Shown in pieces: positions 1 through 9,007 of a DNA stretch of 64,000 bases (within the stretch, counting starts at the first letter, position 1; each line of letters starts with the position of its first letter). The position numbers were made by a program, and so were the translations under genes. Below the pieces are notes generated by a model. That model was not told the DNA's origin. It saw only the letters and a list, made by a program, of their open reading frames with translations, and made no database searches. Origin of the DNA: Candidatus Colwellbacteria bacterium (lineage in GTDB: Bacteria; Patescibacteriota; Minisyncoccia; UBA6257; Colwellbacteraceae); assembly GCA_016176505.1 (NCBI GenBank), contig JACOXB010000006.1:7240-71239 (forward strand), written 5' to 3'.

Positions 1-1
1 A

Positions 2-751
2 ATTCAAGATAAAATTGATATCAGTATTTATTTTAATATCGACACGCCCGAAGACGAAATTTTGGCTGTCAAACGTTCGATCGAAGGATTGGAAGAAGTA
101 AAATCAGTTGAATACGTTTCCCGAGATCAGGCCTTAGCTCTTTTCCAAGAGCGGCACAAAGACGACCAAACTATTACCACCGCCCTTGAAGAACTTGAAG
201 AAAATCCGCTTTCAGCTTCCCTGAATATTAAGGCTGAAAATCCTGACGATTACGCCGTGATCGCCGCTTACCTTAACAATAATGTGCCGACCGAAAGGGT
301 GGAGAATATTACCTACAATCAGAATCAGGTAGTGATTGATCGGTTGGCCTCGATTATCAGAGTCAGCCGCCAAGTCGGCATTCTTTCGGCTCTTTTCCTG
401 ACCGTAGTGGCGATTCTCGTCGCCTTTAACACCATTCTTCTTGGTATTTACTCGAATCGGGAAGAGATTTCGATTATGCGTTTAGTCGGCGCTTCAAATA
501 TGTATGTGCGCGGGCCATTTGTGGTGATGGGCATTATTTACGGCTTGATCACCGCCGTTTTAAGTATTCTGATCACGGCGCCGGTGGTTTATCTTTCCTC
601 TCCCTATGTCAGATTATTTATTCCGGAGATGAATTTAGCCGGGTACTTCGGCTCTCACATCGGCCTCCTCCTTTTGTACCAAATACTTTTCGGTGTCGGC
701 ATCGGCGTTATCTCAAGCTTCATCGCCATCCGAAGATACCTGAGCATCTAA
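2..751 (+). CDS. ftsX: Cell-division permease FtsX, C-terminal part (5' end lies outside window)
   Basis: Reading frame is open to position 2. Periplasmic domain followed by 3 TM helices typical of FtsX. Upstream in-frame residues (IQDKIDISIYF...) continue the protein. Confidence 0.75.
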   Translation: MQDKIDISIYFNIDTPEDEILAVKRSIEGLEEVKSVEYVSRDQALALFQERHKDDQTITTALEELEENPLSASLNIKAENPDDYAVIAAYLNNNVPTERVENITYNQNQVVIDRLASIIRVSRQVGILSALFLTVVAILVAFNTILLGIYSNREEISIMRLVGASNMYVRGPFVVMGIIYGLITAVLSILITAPVVYLSSPYVRLFIPEMNLAGYFGSHIGLLLLYQILFGVGIGVISSFIAIRRYLSI

Positions 752-772
752 ACAATTTTTCTAGCCGAAAAA

Positions 773-862
773 CTAAAGCGAGGGGAAGTTGTCCCGAGGG
801 TGAAGAAATTTTTGCCGCTGGAGCAAAAATATTCTGCTTCTGAGGGATAATTTCCCCGAGCC
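773..862. repeat. Short variant of dispersed repeat family R1 (left flank plus right half of core)
   Basis: ctaaagcgaggggaagttgtcccgagg ... gaagaaatttttgccgctggagcaaaaatattctgcttctgagggataatttccccgagcc is near-identical to 1590-1742 but lacks the central ~63-bp hairpin core. Confidence 0.6.
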
Positions 863-1066
863 TTTGTAACTTTTTTGGATCCCCCCCGTCTTCCCTATTG
901 GTGCGCCTTGAATTTCGGCCCACCACTCGTAGTTCTTTGAAGGGAGGTGATAGATCAGTTCTGGTCCCGAGCATTCGTTCGCTGGTTAACGAGTCTCTGG
1001 AACAGAATCACTGATCTAGTCCGGTCCTGTTGTAGGCAGTGTTTCGACTACCCGGAAGGGGGAAAG

Positions 1067-1486
1067 ATGAAACGCATCGCCGCCATCGTCGCCTTCGGCC
1101 TGGTCTTTGCCCTATCTCCTGGCATAGCCGAGGCCCATCACGCGAACTGGCCCTGCGATCTCCACTGGTGGGAGGGCGTCTGGCATCGGAAGCAGCTCAT
1201 CAAGTGCGAAGAGAACCGCATCGACCCGCCAGGCACGTTCCAGTACGTGCTCGGTATCGCTCGGTGTGAATCCGGCGAAGATCTCATGGACACCTACGCT
1301 GGTGATGGTTACGCTGGTCCTTTCCAGCAAGCCACCCGCTACTGGGACACGCGCTTCGATTATTACAAGAAGCCGTGGGACAAGCACTTAGTCGACAAGC
1401 CCGGGAACTTCCGGGCGAACGTCATCATAAGCTTCCGGATGGCCAAGTCCAAGGGTACCTGGCAAGCCGATTGGGCCTGCGCCTGA
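1067..1486 (+). CDS. Secreted transglycosylase-like (Rpf-like) protein
   Basis: ATG at 1067 with GGAAGGGGGAAAG RBS. Signal peptide MKRIAAIVAFGLVFALSPGIAEA. Motif IARCESGEDLMDTYAGDGYAGPFQQATRYW resembles the Rpf/transglycosylase-like domain (CESGG ... GGLQF ... W). GC is about 60% against ~45% in flanking DNA. Confidence 0.5.
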   Translation: MKRIAAIVAFGLVFALSPGIAEAHHANWPCDLHWWEGVWHRKQLIKCEENRIDPPGTFQYVLGIARCESGEDLMDTYAGDGYAGPFQQATRYWDTRFDYYKKPWDKHLVDKPGNFRANVIISFRMAKSKGTWQADWACA

Positions 1487-1497
1487 CAAAGAAGAGT

Positions 1498-1540
1498 CTG
1501 GTGGCCGAGCACTCAAGCTTGTTGAGTGCTCGGCCACTGG
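1498..1540 (+). terminator. Strong hairpin just after the Rpf-like gene (16-bp stem, 5-nt loop, no T-tract)
   Basis: gtggccgagcactcaa gcttg ttgagtgctcggccac is a perfect inverted repeat. Confidence 0.4.
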
Positions 1541-1589
1541 GCCTAGTTGAATCCGCCAATCGGCGGTTTTTTCGTCTTTAAAAATTTAA

Positions 1590-1742
1590 CTAAAGCGAGG
1601 GGAAGTTGTCCCGAGGAACATCCCGCAGGCCTAGCTCGGCTTGGTCTCCGACTCTAGTCGGAGCGAGCAGGCCGAGGGAGAAGAAATTTTTACCGCTGGA
1701 GCAAAAATATTCTGCTTCTGAGGGATAATTTCCCCGAGCCCC
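1590..1742. repeat. Full-length copy of dispersed repeat family R1 (MITE/REP-like, structured)
   Basis: Core aacatcccgcaggcctagctcggcttggtctccgactctagtcggagcgagcaggccgagggagaagaaatttttaccgctggagcaaaaatattctgcttctga recurs as the reverse complement at 59845-59990 and 62995-63141. It contains a nested hairpin ctcggc...ctccgactctagtcggag...gccgag. Confidence 0.7.
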
Positions 1743-1770
1743 TGATGTGGTAAAATAGTAACCAGCCTAG

Positions 1771-2997
1771 ATGCCTTTTAGATTCAGACCTCCTAAAATT
1801 AGACGCCCCAGAATCTTTAAGCGGAAAGGGGTCGGAAAGCCCGAGATTATTATTGGCATTCCCTCTTATAATGAAGCCGAGAATATCGGTATTTTAACCC
1901 AGATTCTTGACCAAGGGTTGATTAGGTATTTTCCTAATAAACGAGCGCTTATTATAAATGTTGACAATAACTCTTCTGATGGTACTAAAAAGGCCTTTCT
2001 CTCAACTAAAACTAAAACCCCCAAGCGTTACATTAGTACCGCGCCCGGAGTTAAAGGCAAGGGGCGGAATATTAAAAACCTTCTTGAATATTTTTTGAAT
2101 ACTGAATCAGCCGCGGCTCTGATGACGATTGACGCCGATGTTACGGCGGTTGATCCGAAGTGGGTTAAAAATCTTTTAACGCCAATTTTTAAAGGGTTCG
2201 ACCACTGCTTGCCGATTTACCGAAGGAGCGAAGATGATGGTTCGATTACCAACCACTTAGCTTATCCGATTGTTCGCGGTATTTTGGGCGTGGAAATCCG
2301 TCAGCCCATCAGCGGCCAGACCGCTCTTTCGCGTAAAGCGGCGGACCGGATTTACAACCGCCCTTGGCCGAACTGCGCTTACGGCTTTGGCATCGATGCC
2401 CTAATGACTTTGAGCAGCGTTTTTGGCGAGCTAAAGTTGTGTCAGGCGTATCTCGGAACAATTCACCACAAGCCGGTTAAGTTAGAGGACCCATTACTCT
2501 TTAACGAAGTGGCGGCTAGTCTCTTTAGTCTATTAAACGTTCAAAAACAGCTTTGGCAATGGTCAACCCCAATGAGGGTTCGGAGGCCGCCCGTTTTTTT
2601 CGAGGCTAATCACGGGAGCGAGGCGCCTAAAATGGGCATCGCCTACCGTGAATTAAAGGAAATTGTACTAGCCGAGTTTAGTAAGTATAGAAAAGAGATT
2701 GAGGCAATTGTCGGGAAGGATGTCTTTGGTTATCTTTCCCAGAATTTTGGAAAGGGCGGCGATTTAAACATAGATGCCGAACATTGGGCTGCGATTTTGA
2801 GTTGTTTTATTAAAAACTCAAGAACTCATCATCTAAAACGAGCTAAATTCTTAAGGCCGCTTTACCTGGGTCGTTTTCTCACTTTTTATAAAGATTCACT
2901 CGATAAATCGAGAGAAAGAATTGAAGAGGCGATTCTGGCTCAGGCCGCTCTCATCTTTAAGGAGAGAAAGAAATTTATTGATTTCCCTAAAGTTTAA
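1771..2997 (+). CDS. Family 2-like glycosyltransferase
   Basis: IIIGIPSYNEAENIG N-terminal GT-A signature and a DADV (DxD) motif. Confidence 0.55.
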   Translation: MPFRFRPPKIRRPRIFKRKGVGKPEIIIGIPSYNEAENIGILTQILDQGLIRYFPNKRALIINVDNNSSDGTKKAFLSTKTKTPKRYISTAPGVKGKGRNIKNLLEYFLNTESAAALMTIDADVTAVDPKWVKNLLTPIFKGFDHCLPIYRRSEDDGSITNHLAYPIVRGILGVEIRQPISGQTALSRKAADRIYNRPWPNCAYGFGIDALMTLSSVFGELKLCQAYLGTIHHKPVKLEDPLLFNEVAASLFSLLNVQKQLWQWSTPMRVRRPPVFFEANHGSEAPKMGIAYRELKEIVLAEFSKYRKEIEAIVGKDVFGYLSQNFGKGGDLNIDAEHWAAILSCFIKNSRTHHLKRAKFLRPLYLGRFLTFYKDSLDKSRERIEEAILAQAALIFKERKKFIDFPKV

Positions 2998-3021
2998 AAG
3001 GTCGAGTCGATTATTAATTCA

Positions 3022-3444
3022 ATGAAGAAAGAAAATACTTTAATTGTTTCTGCTCTGCTTGTCATTGTTCTGGGTTTGGCTTGGTATCTTTGGTTCGGCG
3101 GCAAGGACGTGGTAAATGCGGATAAGGTCTCGGCGGTTGACCAGGCCGCTACCGATCGAATTACGGTTGAGAGCGTCAATCTTAAAGAGCCAGGCTATGT
3201 GGCGATTTACGCTGATAGCGGCGGCATGCCGGGTGAAATGCTCGGCAACGGCGAACTTTTGGTCGGTCGGCACAAAGATGTAGTTGTTTTTTTGAAGCGA
3301 GAAGCGAAGCAGGGTGAGACGCTTTACGTGATTCTTCACCGAGATGATGGTGATGGCGGATTTGAGTTTCCGGGTCAAGATGCGCCGGTAACTGACGAAA
3401 CCAGTCGAATAATTCTTGATTCCTTTGTTGTTTTAGAGAGCTAA
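3022..3444 (+). CDS. Membrane-anchored hypothetical protein
   Basis: N-terminal TM helix and coherent ORF. The antisense ORF 3040..3378 is judged spurious. Confidence 0.45.
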   Translation: MKKENTLIVSALLVIVLGLAWYLWFGGKDVVNADKVSAVDQAATDRITVESVNLKEPGYVAIYADSGGMPGEMLGNGELLVGRHKDVVVFLKREAKQGETLYVILHRDDGDGGFEFPGQDAPVTDETSRIILDSFVVLES

Positions 3445-3489
3445 AACGAAAGGTCGGGCGAATTCGAGATTGATTAAAGAATTAAATCA

Positions 3490-3738
3490 ATGCTTAATAA
3501 AAAAGCTTTTGGTACAGCTGTCGCTGTTTTTAACGCCATTTTTTGGCTGGTGGCCATGTTTTTCTCCCTTGTCACCGGCGTTGGCGAAATTACCCTAACC
3601 ACGATTGGCTCTTTCTTCCCGTTTTTCGAGTACTCGTGGCTGGGGATGCTTGTCATTGTGGTTGAGCACATTGCCCTTGGTTTTCTCGGCGGTTGGGCGT
3701 TTGCCTGGTTCTACAATCGCTTTAATAAATCAGCTTAG
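3490..3738 (+). CDS. Small integral membrane protein (hypothetical)
   Basis: Two or three hydrophobic helices, 82 aa. Confidence 0.4.
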   Translation: MLNKKAFGTAVAVFNAIFWLVAMFFSLVTGVGEITLTTIGSFFPFFEYSWLGMLVIVVEHIALGFLGGWAFAWFYNRFNKSA

Positions 3739-3756
3739 TCTAAACCGCTTCCGGGA

Positions 3757-5367
3757 ATGGATTCTTTGAGCGAACTTAAGCGGGTTATTAAAGGCGAGGT
3801 TTTACGAGCGCCCGAGGTTCTTGATAAATACAGTGAGGACGCAAGTCTTTTTAAGATCAAGCCTCAGGCGGTTGTTTTTCCTAAAGACGCGGCTGATTTA
3901 GGAGCCCTGGTTAGATCCGGTTTTTCTTTATCGCCTCGAGGCGGAGGGAGCGATATGACCGGCGGCCCCTTGACCGAATCAGTCGTTGTTGACCTTACTA
4001 AGCATTTCAATCGCATCGGCGAGATTAAAGGAAATCGAATTTCGGTTGAGCCAGGCGCTTTTTACCGGGATTTTGAAAAAGAAACCTTAAAACACAACTT
4101 GCTTCTGCCTTCTTTCCCAGCCTCACGCGAGCTTTGCACTTTAGGCGGCATGGTGGCGAACAACGCTGCTGGCGAGAAAACTTTAAGCTACGGTAAAACC
4201 AATCGTTATGTTAAGTCCTTAAAGGTTATTCTCCGGGACGGCAATGAATATTTCTTCAAGCCGCTTAATCAAAAAGAGCTTACCGAGAAGCTCGAATTCA
4301 ATAATCTTGAAGGGGAAATTTATCGCGGAGTTCATAAACTAATTAACGAAAACTACGAAGCGATTCAAGCGGCAAGGCCGAAAGTTTCTAAAAACTCGGC
4401 TGGTTACGCTCTGTGGGATGTTTGGGATAAAAAAACTTTTGATTTAACCCAGCTTTTTACTGGCTCCCAGGGGACGCTCGGCATTATTACTGAAATTGAA
4501 TTTGAGCTTGTCCGGCCGAAACCTTACTCAAAAATGCTTATTATTTTCCTCCGTAATACCGAATCTTTGGCCGAGATTATTAATCAGGTACTTCGCGAAA
4601 AGCCAGAAACTTTCGAATCTTATGATGATCATACTTTAAGTCTGGCCCTCAAATTCCTGCCCCAATTTGTTAAATTACTTAAAGGAAATATTTTGGGGGT
4701 TGCTTGGAAGTTTTTGCCGGAATTCAGGATGATTTTAACCGGCGGAATGCCCAAAATGGTTTTAACGGCCGAATTTACCGGCGACGATCCGGCCGAAATT
4801 GAGGCAAGAGCAAGGATTGCCAGAGCGGCGCTCGAACCCTTCGGAGTGAAAACGCGGATTACTAAATCTGCTAAAGAAGTTGAAAAATATCATTTAATCA
4901 GGCGGGAGAGTTTTAATCTTTTGCGCCACCGCCTTAAGGGGAGAAAGGCCGCGCCCTTTATTGACGACATTATTGTGAGGCCTGAAAAACTGCCGGAATT
5001 TCTGCCCGAACTCGATAAAATTCTCGACGAGTATCCCAGCCTTATTTACGGTATGGCTGGGCATATTGGCGATGGCAACTTTCATATTTTCCCCTTAATG
5101 GATTTAACTGATCCCAAGACCAGAGAAATCATCCCGGCCTTAATGGATGAAGTCTATCGTTTAATTCTCCGGTTCGGGGGCTCGCTTACGGCTGAACATA
5201 ATGATGGCTTGCTTCGAGGGCCGTATTTAAAACAAGTGTACGGCGAAAAAATTTATCACCTATTCGAAGAGGTAAAACGTATTTTTGATCCGGAAAATAT
5301 CTTTAATCCCGGCAAAAAAGTGGGTACGAGTTTAGAATACGCTCTGGCTCACCTAAAAAGCGGGTGA
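3757..5367 (+). CDS. FAD-linked oxidase (GlcD / D-lactate dehydrogenase-like)
   Basis: PCMH-type FAD-binding N-terminus (GGGSDMTGG) and C-terminal FAD-oxidase domain. Confidence 0.7.
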   Translation: MDSLSELKRVIKGEVLRAPEVLDKYSEDASLFKIKPQAVVFPKDAADLGALVRSGFSLSPRGGGSDMTGGPLTESVVVDLTKHFNRIGEIKGNRISVEPGAFYRDFEKETLKHNLLLPSFPASRELCTLGGMVANNAAGEKTLSYGKTNRYVKSLKVILRDGNEYFFKPLNQKELTEKLEFNNLEGEIYRGVHKLINENYEAIQAARPKVSKNSAGYALWDVWDKKTFDLTQLFTGSQGTLGIITEIEFELVRPKPYSKMLIIFLRNTESLAEIINQVLREKPETFESYDDHTLSLALKFLPQFVKLLKGNILGVAWKFLPEFRMILTGGMPKMVLTAEFTGDDPAEIEARARIARAALEPFGVKTRITKSAKEVEKYHLIRRESFNLLRHRLKGRKAAPFIDDIIVRPEKLPEFLPELDKILDEYPSLIYGMAGHIGDGNFHIFPLMDLTDPKTREIIPALMDEVYRLILRFGGSLTAEHNDGLLRGPYLKQVYGEKIYHLFEEVKRIFDPENIFNPGKKVGTSLEYALAHLKSG

Positions 5368-5630
5368 GGCACCTCAACATTAAAATATACGGCTTGGTTC
5401 AGGGCGTTATCTTCAGACAATCGGCTAAAAAGAAGGCTGAGGAGTTGGGTCTTGTCGGATTTGTCCGAAACGAACCTGATGGTACAGTTTATATCGAGGC
5501 CGAGGGGTCAGATGAAGTGCTCGAGATATTCGTTCATTGGTGTCGGGAGGGTCCGGAGCACGCTTCGGTCGAAAAGGTCGAAGCCGAGGAGGGGGATTTT
5601 GAAAACTTCCAAGAGTTCGAAATTAGATGA
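5364..5630 (+). CDS. acyP: Acylphosphatase
   Basis: VxGxVQGVxFR ... GFVRNxxDGTV signature. GTG start overlaps the upstream stop. Confidence 0.7.
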   Translation: MRHLNIKIYGLVQGVIFRQSAKKKAEELGLVGFVRNEPDGTVYIEAEGSDEVLEIFVHWCREGPEHASVEKVEAEEGDFENFQEFEIR

Positions 5631-5641
5631 AGTAACTAAGA

Positions 5642-6100
5642 ATGAAATTAGAAAGTCTAGTTTTTGAAAATAATAGTTCTATTCCGGCGAAATATACTTG
5701 CGATGGCGAGAATATTAATCCGCCGCTTAAGTTTAGCGAAGTGCCCGAAAGTACTGCGAGCCTAGTTTTAATTATGGATGATCCGGATGTGCCGAAATCT
5801 GTTAAGCCTGACGGCATATGGGATCACTGGCTTATTTGGGATATGCCGCCGGAAACATCAGAGATCAGAGAAGGAGAAGCGCCAATGGGAACTCTGGGCA
5901 AAAATACTGGCGGCAGTTTTGGTTATCAAGGGCCTTGCCCGCCGGATCGAGAACACCGATATTTTTTTAAACTTTACGCCCTGGATAAAAAGCTCGGTTT
6001 ACCTCGCGAAACAACCACTAAAAAAGATTTAGAAGCAGCAATGGGAGGGCATATTTTAGCCGAGACCCAACTTATGGGTCGTTACGATCGCGCGAGATGA
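5642..6100 (+). CDS. PEBP / YbhB-YbcL family protein
   Basis: DPDVP ... HRYFFKLYALD motifs of the phosphatidylethanolamine-binding protein family. Confidence 0.7.
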   Translation: MKLESLVFENNSSIPAKYTCDGENINPPLKFSEVPESTASLVLIMDDPDVPKSVKPDGIWDHWLIWDMPPETSEIREGEAPMGTLGKNTGGSFGYQGPCPPDREHRYFFKLYALDKKLGLPRETTTKKDLEAAMGGHILAETQLMGRYDRAR

Positions 6101-6282
6101 GTCTTAACCAGCTCTAGGAGTTCCTGGACGTGCGCTTCCTTATCTTCAGCCATTTTTCCCCAGAACCGATCGCATTCTTCGCAACCGGCCGAGTCAGTTA
6201 AATAATGGTTTTTAATTCGCCAAAGGCTTTTATGCTCCTGGGTTAACTGGAGCAGGAGATTGTAAATGTGGTTACTGAGCAC
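6082..6282 (-). CDS. Small hypothetical protein (66 aa)
   Basis: ORF only; overlaps the 3' end of the PEBP gene. Confidence 0.3.
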   Translation of the reverse strand: MLSNHIYNLLLQLTQEHKSLWRIKNHYLTDSAGCEECDRFWGKMAEDKEAHVQELLELVKTHLARS

Positions 6283-6291
6283 GGAATGTGT

Positions 6292-7470
6292 TTAATTTTT
6301 AATGATTGTTTCGACCTTTTCCCGGCGCCTGATTAATCTGGCGCGGTTCGCCTCTATTAAAACCTCAGCTGGACGCGGTCGCAGATTATAATTCGAGCTC
6401 ATGCTAAAGCCATAAGCCCCGGCATTTAAGATAGCGAGCGCGTCTCCGATTTTAGGGAGGGGGATAGGCCGGTCTTTAGCAAAGAAATCAGCTGATTCGC
6501 AGATATTTCCCACAATTGAAGCTTTAATTTTCTTGCCTCCTTGTCGGCTCAAATTAACTATTTCGTGGTAACTATCATACATGGCTGGCCGAATCAGGTG
6601 ATTAAACCCCGAGTTTACGCCGATAAAAACTTTTGAAGGGTTAATTTTGATGTCTGTGACTGTGACGAGCAGGGTGCCGGCCTCAGCGATTAAATAGCGG
6701 CCTGGTTCGAAAACAAAATTAAGCTTTCGGCCATAAACCGCCTCAAATTCTTTTAAGATCTTAACTACCGAGCGGCCAAGGCGATTTAAATCAAGAGGTT
6801 TTTCATTCGGTCGATAGGGGATGCCGATCCCGCCGCCAAAATCAATAAATTCTAAATCAGGAAAGCGTCGAGCGGTATGAAGCAGGGCCATCATTGCCTC
6901 AATGAATATTTTTTTATTTTCGTTAAGAATACCCGAGCCAATGTGCTGTTGGATTCCATTTACGGTGAGCTTGTATTTTTTAGCGAGAGCCAAAGCCTTA
7001 TTAATTTGGCGAACATCAATGCCAAATTTACTTTCTGGTCCGCCGGTAATGAAGTGATGGTGATTGCCGGCGCCAATACCTTGATTGACCCTGAAGCTGA
7101 TTGATGTGCCAGGTGCTAGCTCGCCCCACATTTTAATCTGGTTAAGCGAATCAAGGTTTACCCTGATTTTTCTCTTGTTAAGAGTTTCGAGCTCCTCCTT
7201 AGTGATATTACTACAGGTATAAATAATATCTTTTGGTTTAAATCCGGCCTTGAGTGAAATTAAAACTTCGCCAAGACTGACAGTTTCCGCTCCAGCCCCG
7301 AGCTTTCTTAAATACCTTAATATCTCGAGATTACTATTAGCCTTAACCGCATAATGAATTCTCAATCTGGGGTGATTAAGATTTTTAGCCAGTTTCTGAT
7401 AGCGGTCTTTAATAACCCTGGCTTCATAAACATAAAGCGGAGCACCGTATTTTTTAACCAGACTTTTCAC
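6292..7470 (-). CDS. lysA: PLP-dependent fold-III decarboxylase, probably diaminopimelate decarboxylase
   Basis: HYAVKANSN lysine-PLP motif, GGG loop, size typical of LysA. Confidence 0.75.
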   Translation of the reverse strand: MKSLVKKYGAPLYVYEARVIKDRYQKLAKNLNHPRLRIHYAVKANSNLEILRYLRKLGAGAETVSLGEVLISLKAGFKPKDIIYTCSNITKEELETLNKRKIRVNLDSLNQIKMWGELAPGTSISFRVNQGIGAGNHHHFITGGPESKFGIDVRQINKALALAKKYKLTVNGIQQHIGSGILNENKKIFIEAMMALLHTARRFPDLEFIDFGGGIGIPYRPNEKPLDLNRLGRSVVKILKEFEAVYGRKLNFVFEPGRYLIAEAGTLLVTVTDIKINPSKVFIGVNSGFNHLIRPAMYDSYHEIVNLSRQGGKKIKASIVGNICESADFFAKDRPIPLPKIGDALAILNAGAYGFSMSSNYNLRPRPAEVLIEANRARLIRRREKVETIIKN

Positions 7471-7504
7471 TAATTAATTTTAGCTAATAAATAGGTTTAA
7501 ATAA

Positions 7505-7531
7505 AAAAACCATCTTCGAAAGATGGGCGGG
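7505..7531 (-). terminator. Rho-independent terminator (minus strand) between the GC-rich element and the lysA start
   Basis: Minus-strand reading ccatctttcgaagatgg followed by ttttttt; a second GC hairpin lies immediately upstream. Confidence 0.5.
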
Positions 7532-8300
7532 GGGCGGGAGGTTCCTGAGAACCCCCCGCCCCCGCGGCGACCGCGGAGGGGTGCGGTCGGGGGCGACGGA
7601 AGGGCCCGGCGGACTCGTAACGAGCAGCTCGGGGAATGGGCACGGGTCAGGCCGCCCGCCAACAGGGCCCACACAGGCCCTCCGTCGTGGTGGATGGCGG
7701 CTGCGCGGCTACCATCCCACCGGGATGAGGAGAAGTCGGTCAGAGCCGACCGCGGTGTTGCTCGAGGGACGCCTCGCCCCTGAAAGGCGTCCACCGCGCT
7801 ATGCCTGCGTCTCGGCCCGTCCGGGATCCGGGCAGCGCTAGGCTTCGGGTCGGCCGAAGGACCGAGCATCTCCTCATCGCTTTAGCGGAGAAAGACTCCG
7901 CCAAGACGTATCATATTGCTCAAGGTGCGGGCGCTCCAACTTATGTCGGAGTGGATGGGGGAGTAAGACAGGACGAGGGACGCCCTGCTTCTTGGAGGAG
8001 AAGGGTTTGGGCATCCCTACCGGGGGAACCTCCCACCATCCAATTTAATTGTGGCCGAAAAGCAGTCTAGCTGTCAATTGGGGATAAGGAGCTCGAACTC
8101 ATCTCCTCAAGAACGCTCTCCGCTCGGATAAATAAACCCTCACTCAGCCAAAAAAGGGTGAAGCTGCTCACGGACTCAACCAATCTAAGGATACCCGACG
8201 TCCTTAGATTGGGATTTAAACATCGTTCGCCGCTCTTCTTCTTAGTGGCCTCGTTCGGTTATTTCCAACCTCGCTCCGAGATGTTCTTTACGGAGACAAG
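7532..8300 (-). ncRNA. GC-rich, hairpin-dense non-coding segment; candidate large structured RNA of unknown class (boundaries approximate)
   Basis: GC is about 65-70% against ~45% background. All six frames are open with Pro/Arg/Gly-rich pseudo-ORFs. Many perfect hairpins (ccaatctaaggacgtcgggtatccttagattgg; gacgcctttcaggggcgaggcgtc). Ends at a minus-strand terminator. I could not find RNase P or tmRNA consensus motifs. Confidence 0.3.
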
Positions 8301-8317
8301 TTCTCGCTTATTTAATT

Positions 8318-8599
8318 TCAGGAGTTATTTTTCTCTTTCGGTTTCCGGATAATATAGGCCGTGATAAGTACCAGGACAATAGTGATAATAATAGCGTAGA
8401 AAAATTTAGCCGCGATTGTATTCTGTTTTAATGGGAAAAGATATTCGATTAGAGTTTTGATAGCATCGTTCCAAGCTAGGCCAACCACTAAGCCGAGGGC
8501 CGCCGCAATATAGGTACCTACTTTTGTTCCAACTTCCCGTTGGAGCCCTTTGCCCCCTTCAGTTACTTTCTTAATGCCTTGTTTTACTTTAGTCGTCAT
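8318..8599 (-). CDS. Small membrane protein (hypothetical)
   Basis: 93 aa with two TM helices and a charged N-terminus. Confidence 0.45.
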   Translation of the reverse strand: MTTKVKQGIKKVTEGGKGLQREVGTKVGTYIAAALGLVVGLAWNDAIKTLIEYLFPLKQNTIAAKFFYAIIITIVLVLITAYIIRKPKEKNNS

Positions 8600-8632
8600 G
8601 CGGATAGAGCATACTAATTTGTTTGGGAAAAA

Positions 8633-8660
8633 TCAAAAGGGCCTGTCGGGCCCTTTTGAT
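8633..8660. terminator. Bidirectional terminator hairpin
   Basis: aaaagggcc tgtc gggcccttttga, with T/A tracts on both sides. Confidence 0.5.
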
Positions 8661-8661
8661 T

Positions 8662-8850
8662 TTATCTGCGGAAATTGTTTCTTCGAGGATTGTTCTTTCG
8701 ATAACAGTCCCGACAATACACCGGCCGACCGTCGGTCGGTTGAAATGGTAATTCGGTAACGGCTGCGCCACAGTCGGCGCAAGTCCATTCTCCTTTTACC
8801 CATTCACCCGGCGTCCGTCGGAAAGTCTCTCCGCCCTGATTTTCCTCCAC
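8662..8850 (-). CDS. Zinc-ribbon small protein
   Basis: CxxC-x20-CxxC (WTCADCG ... YCRDCY). Confidence 0.45.
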   Translation of the reverse strand: MEENQGGETFRRTPGEWVKGEWTCADCGAAVTELPFQPTDGRPVYCRDCYRKNNPRRNNFRR

Positions 8851-9007
8851 TTAATTATTAAGTTGGTGCGAATACGTCGACTCCCGTACTTTACTAATAA
8901 TAGCAAAATAGGGTCGCTAGTCAAATCATAGGGATTGGGGACAAGGGCTTGACAGGGATTTCCCGTTAGAATATGATTAAATAGTTACATAATTATTTAA
9001 CTATCTC

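Noticed and set aside
1-6. Window begins with AATTC (half EcoRI site) while an M.EcoRI-like gene is present
   Set aside because: Almost certainly coincidence of window placement. Internal GAATTC sites occur at ordinary frequency.
7480-8070. Four overlapping ORFs (86-129 aa) inside the GC-rich block, in both orientations
   Set aside because: Pro/Arg/Gly-rich low-complexity translations, mutually overlapping in several frames. This is typical of spurious ORFs in high-GC non-coding DNA.
7500-8300. Identification of the GC-rich block as RNase P RNA or tmRNA
   Set aside because: A bona fide rnpB with P4/CR-I/CR-V motifs is present at 57203-57592. I found no tag-peptide frame, resume codon context or tRNA-like T-arm/acceptor in the block.
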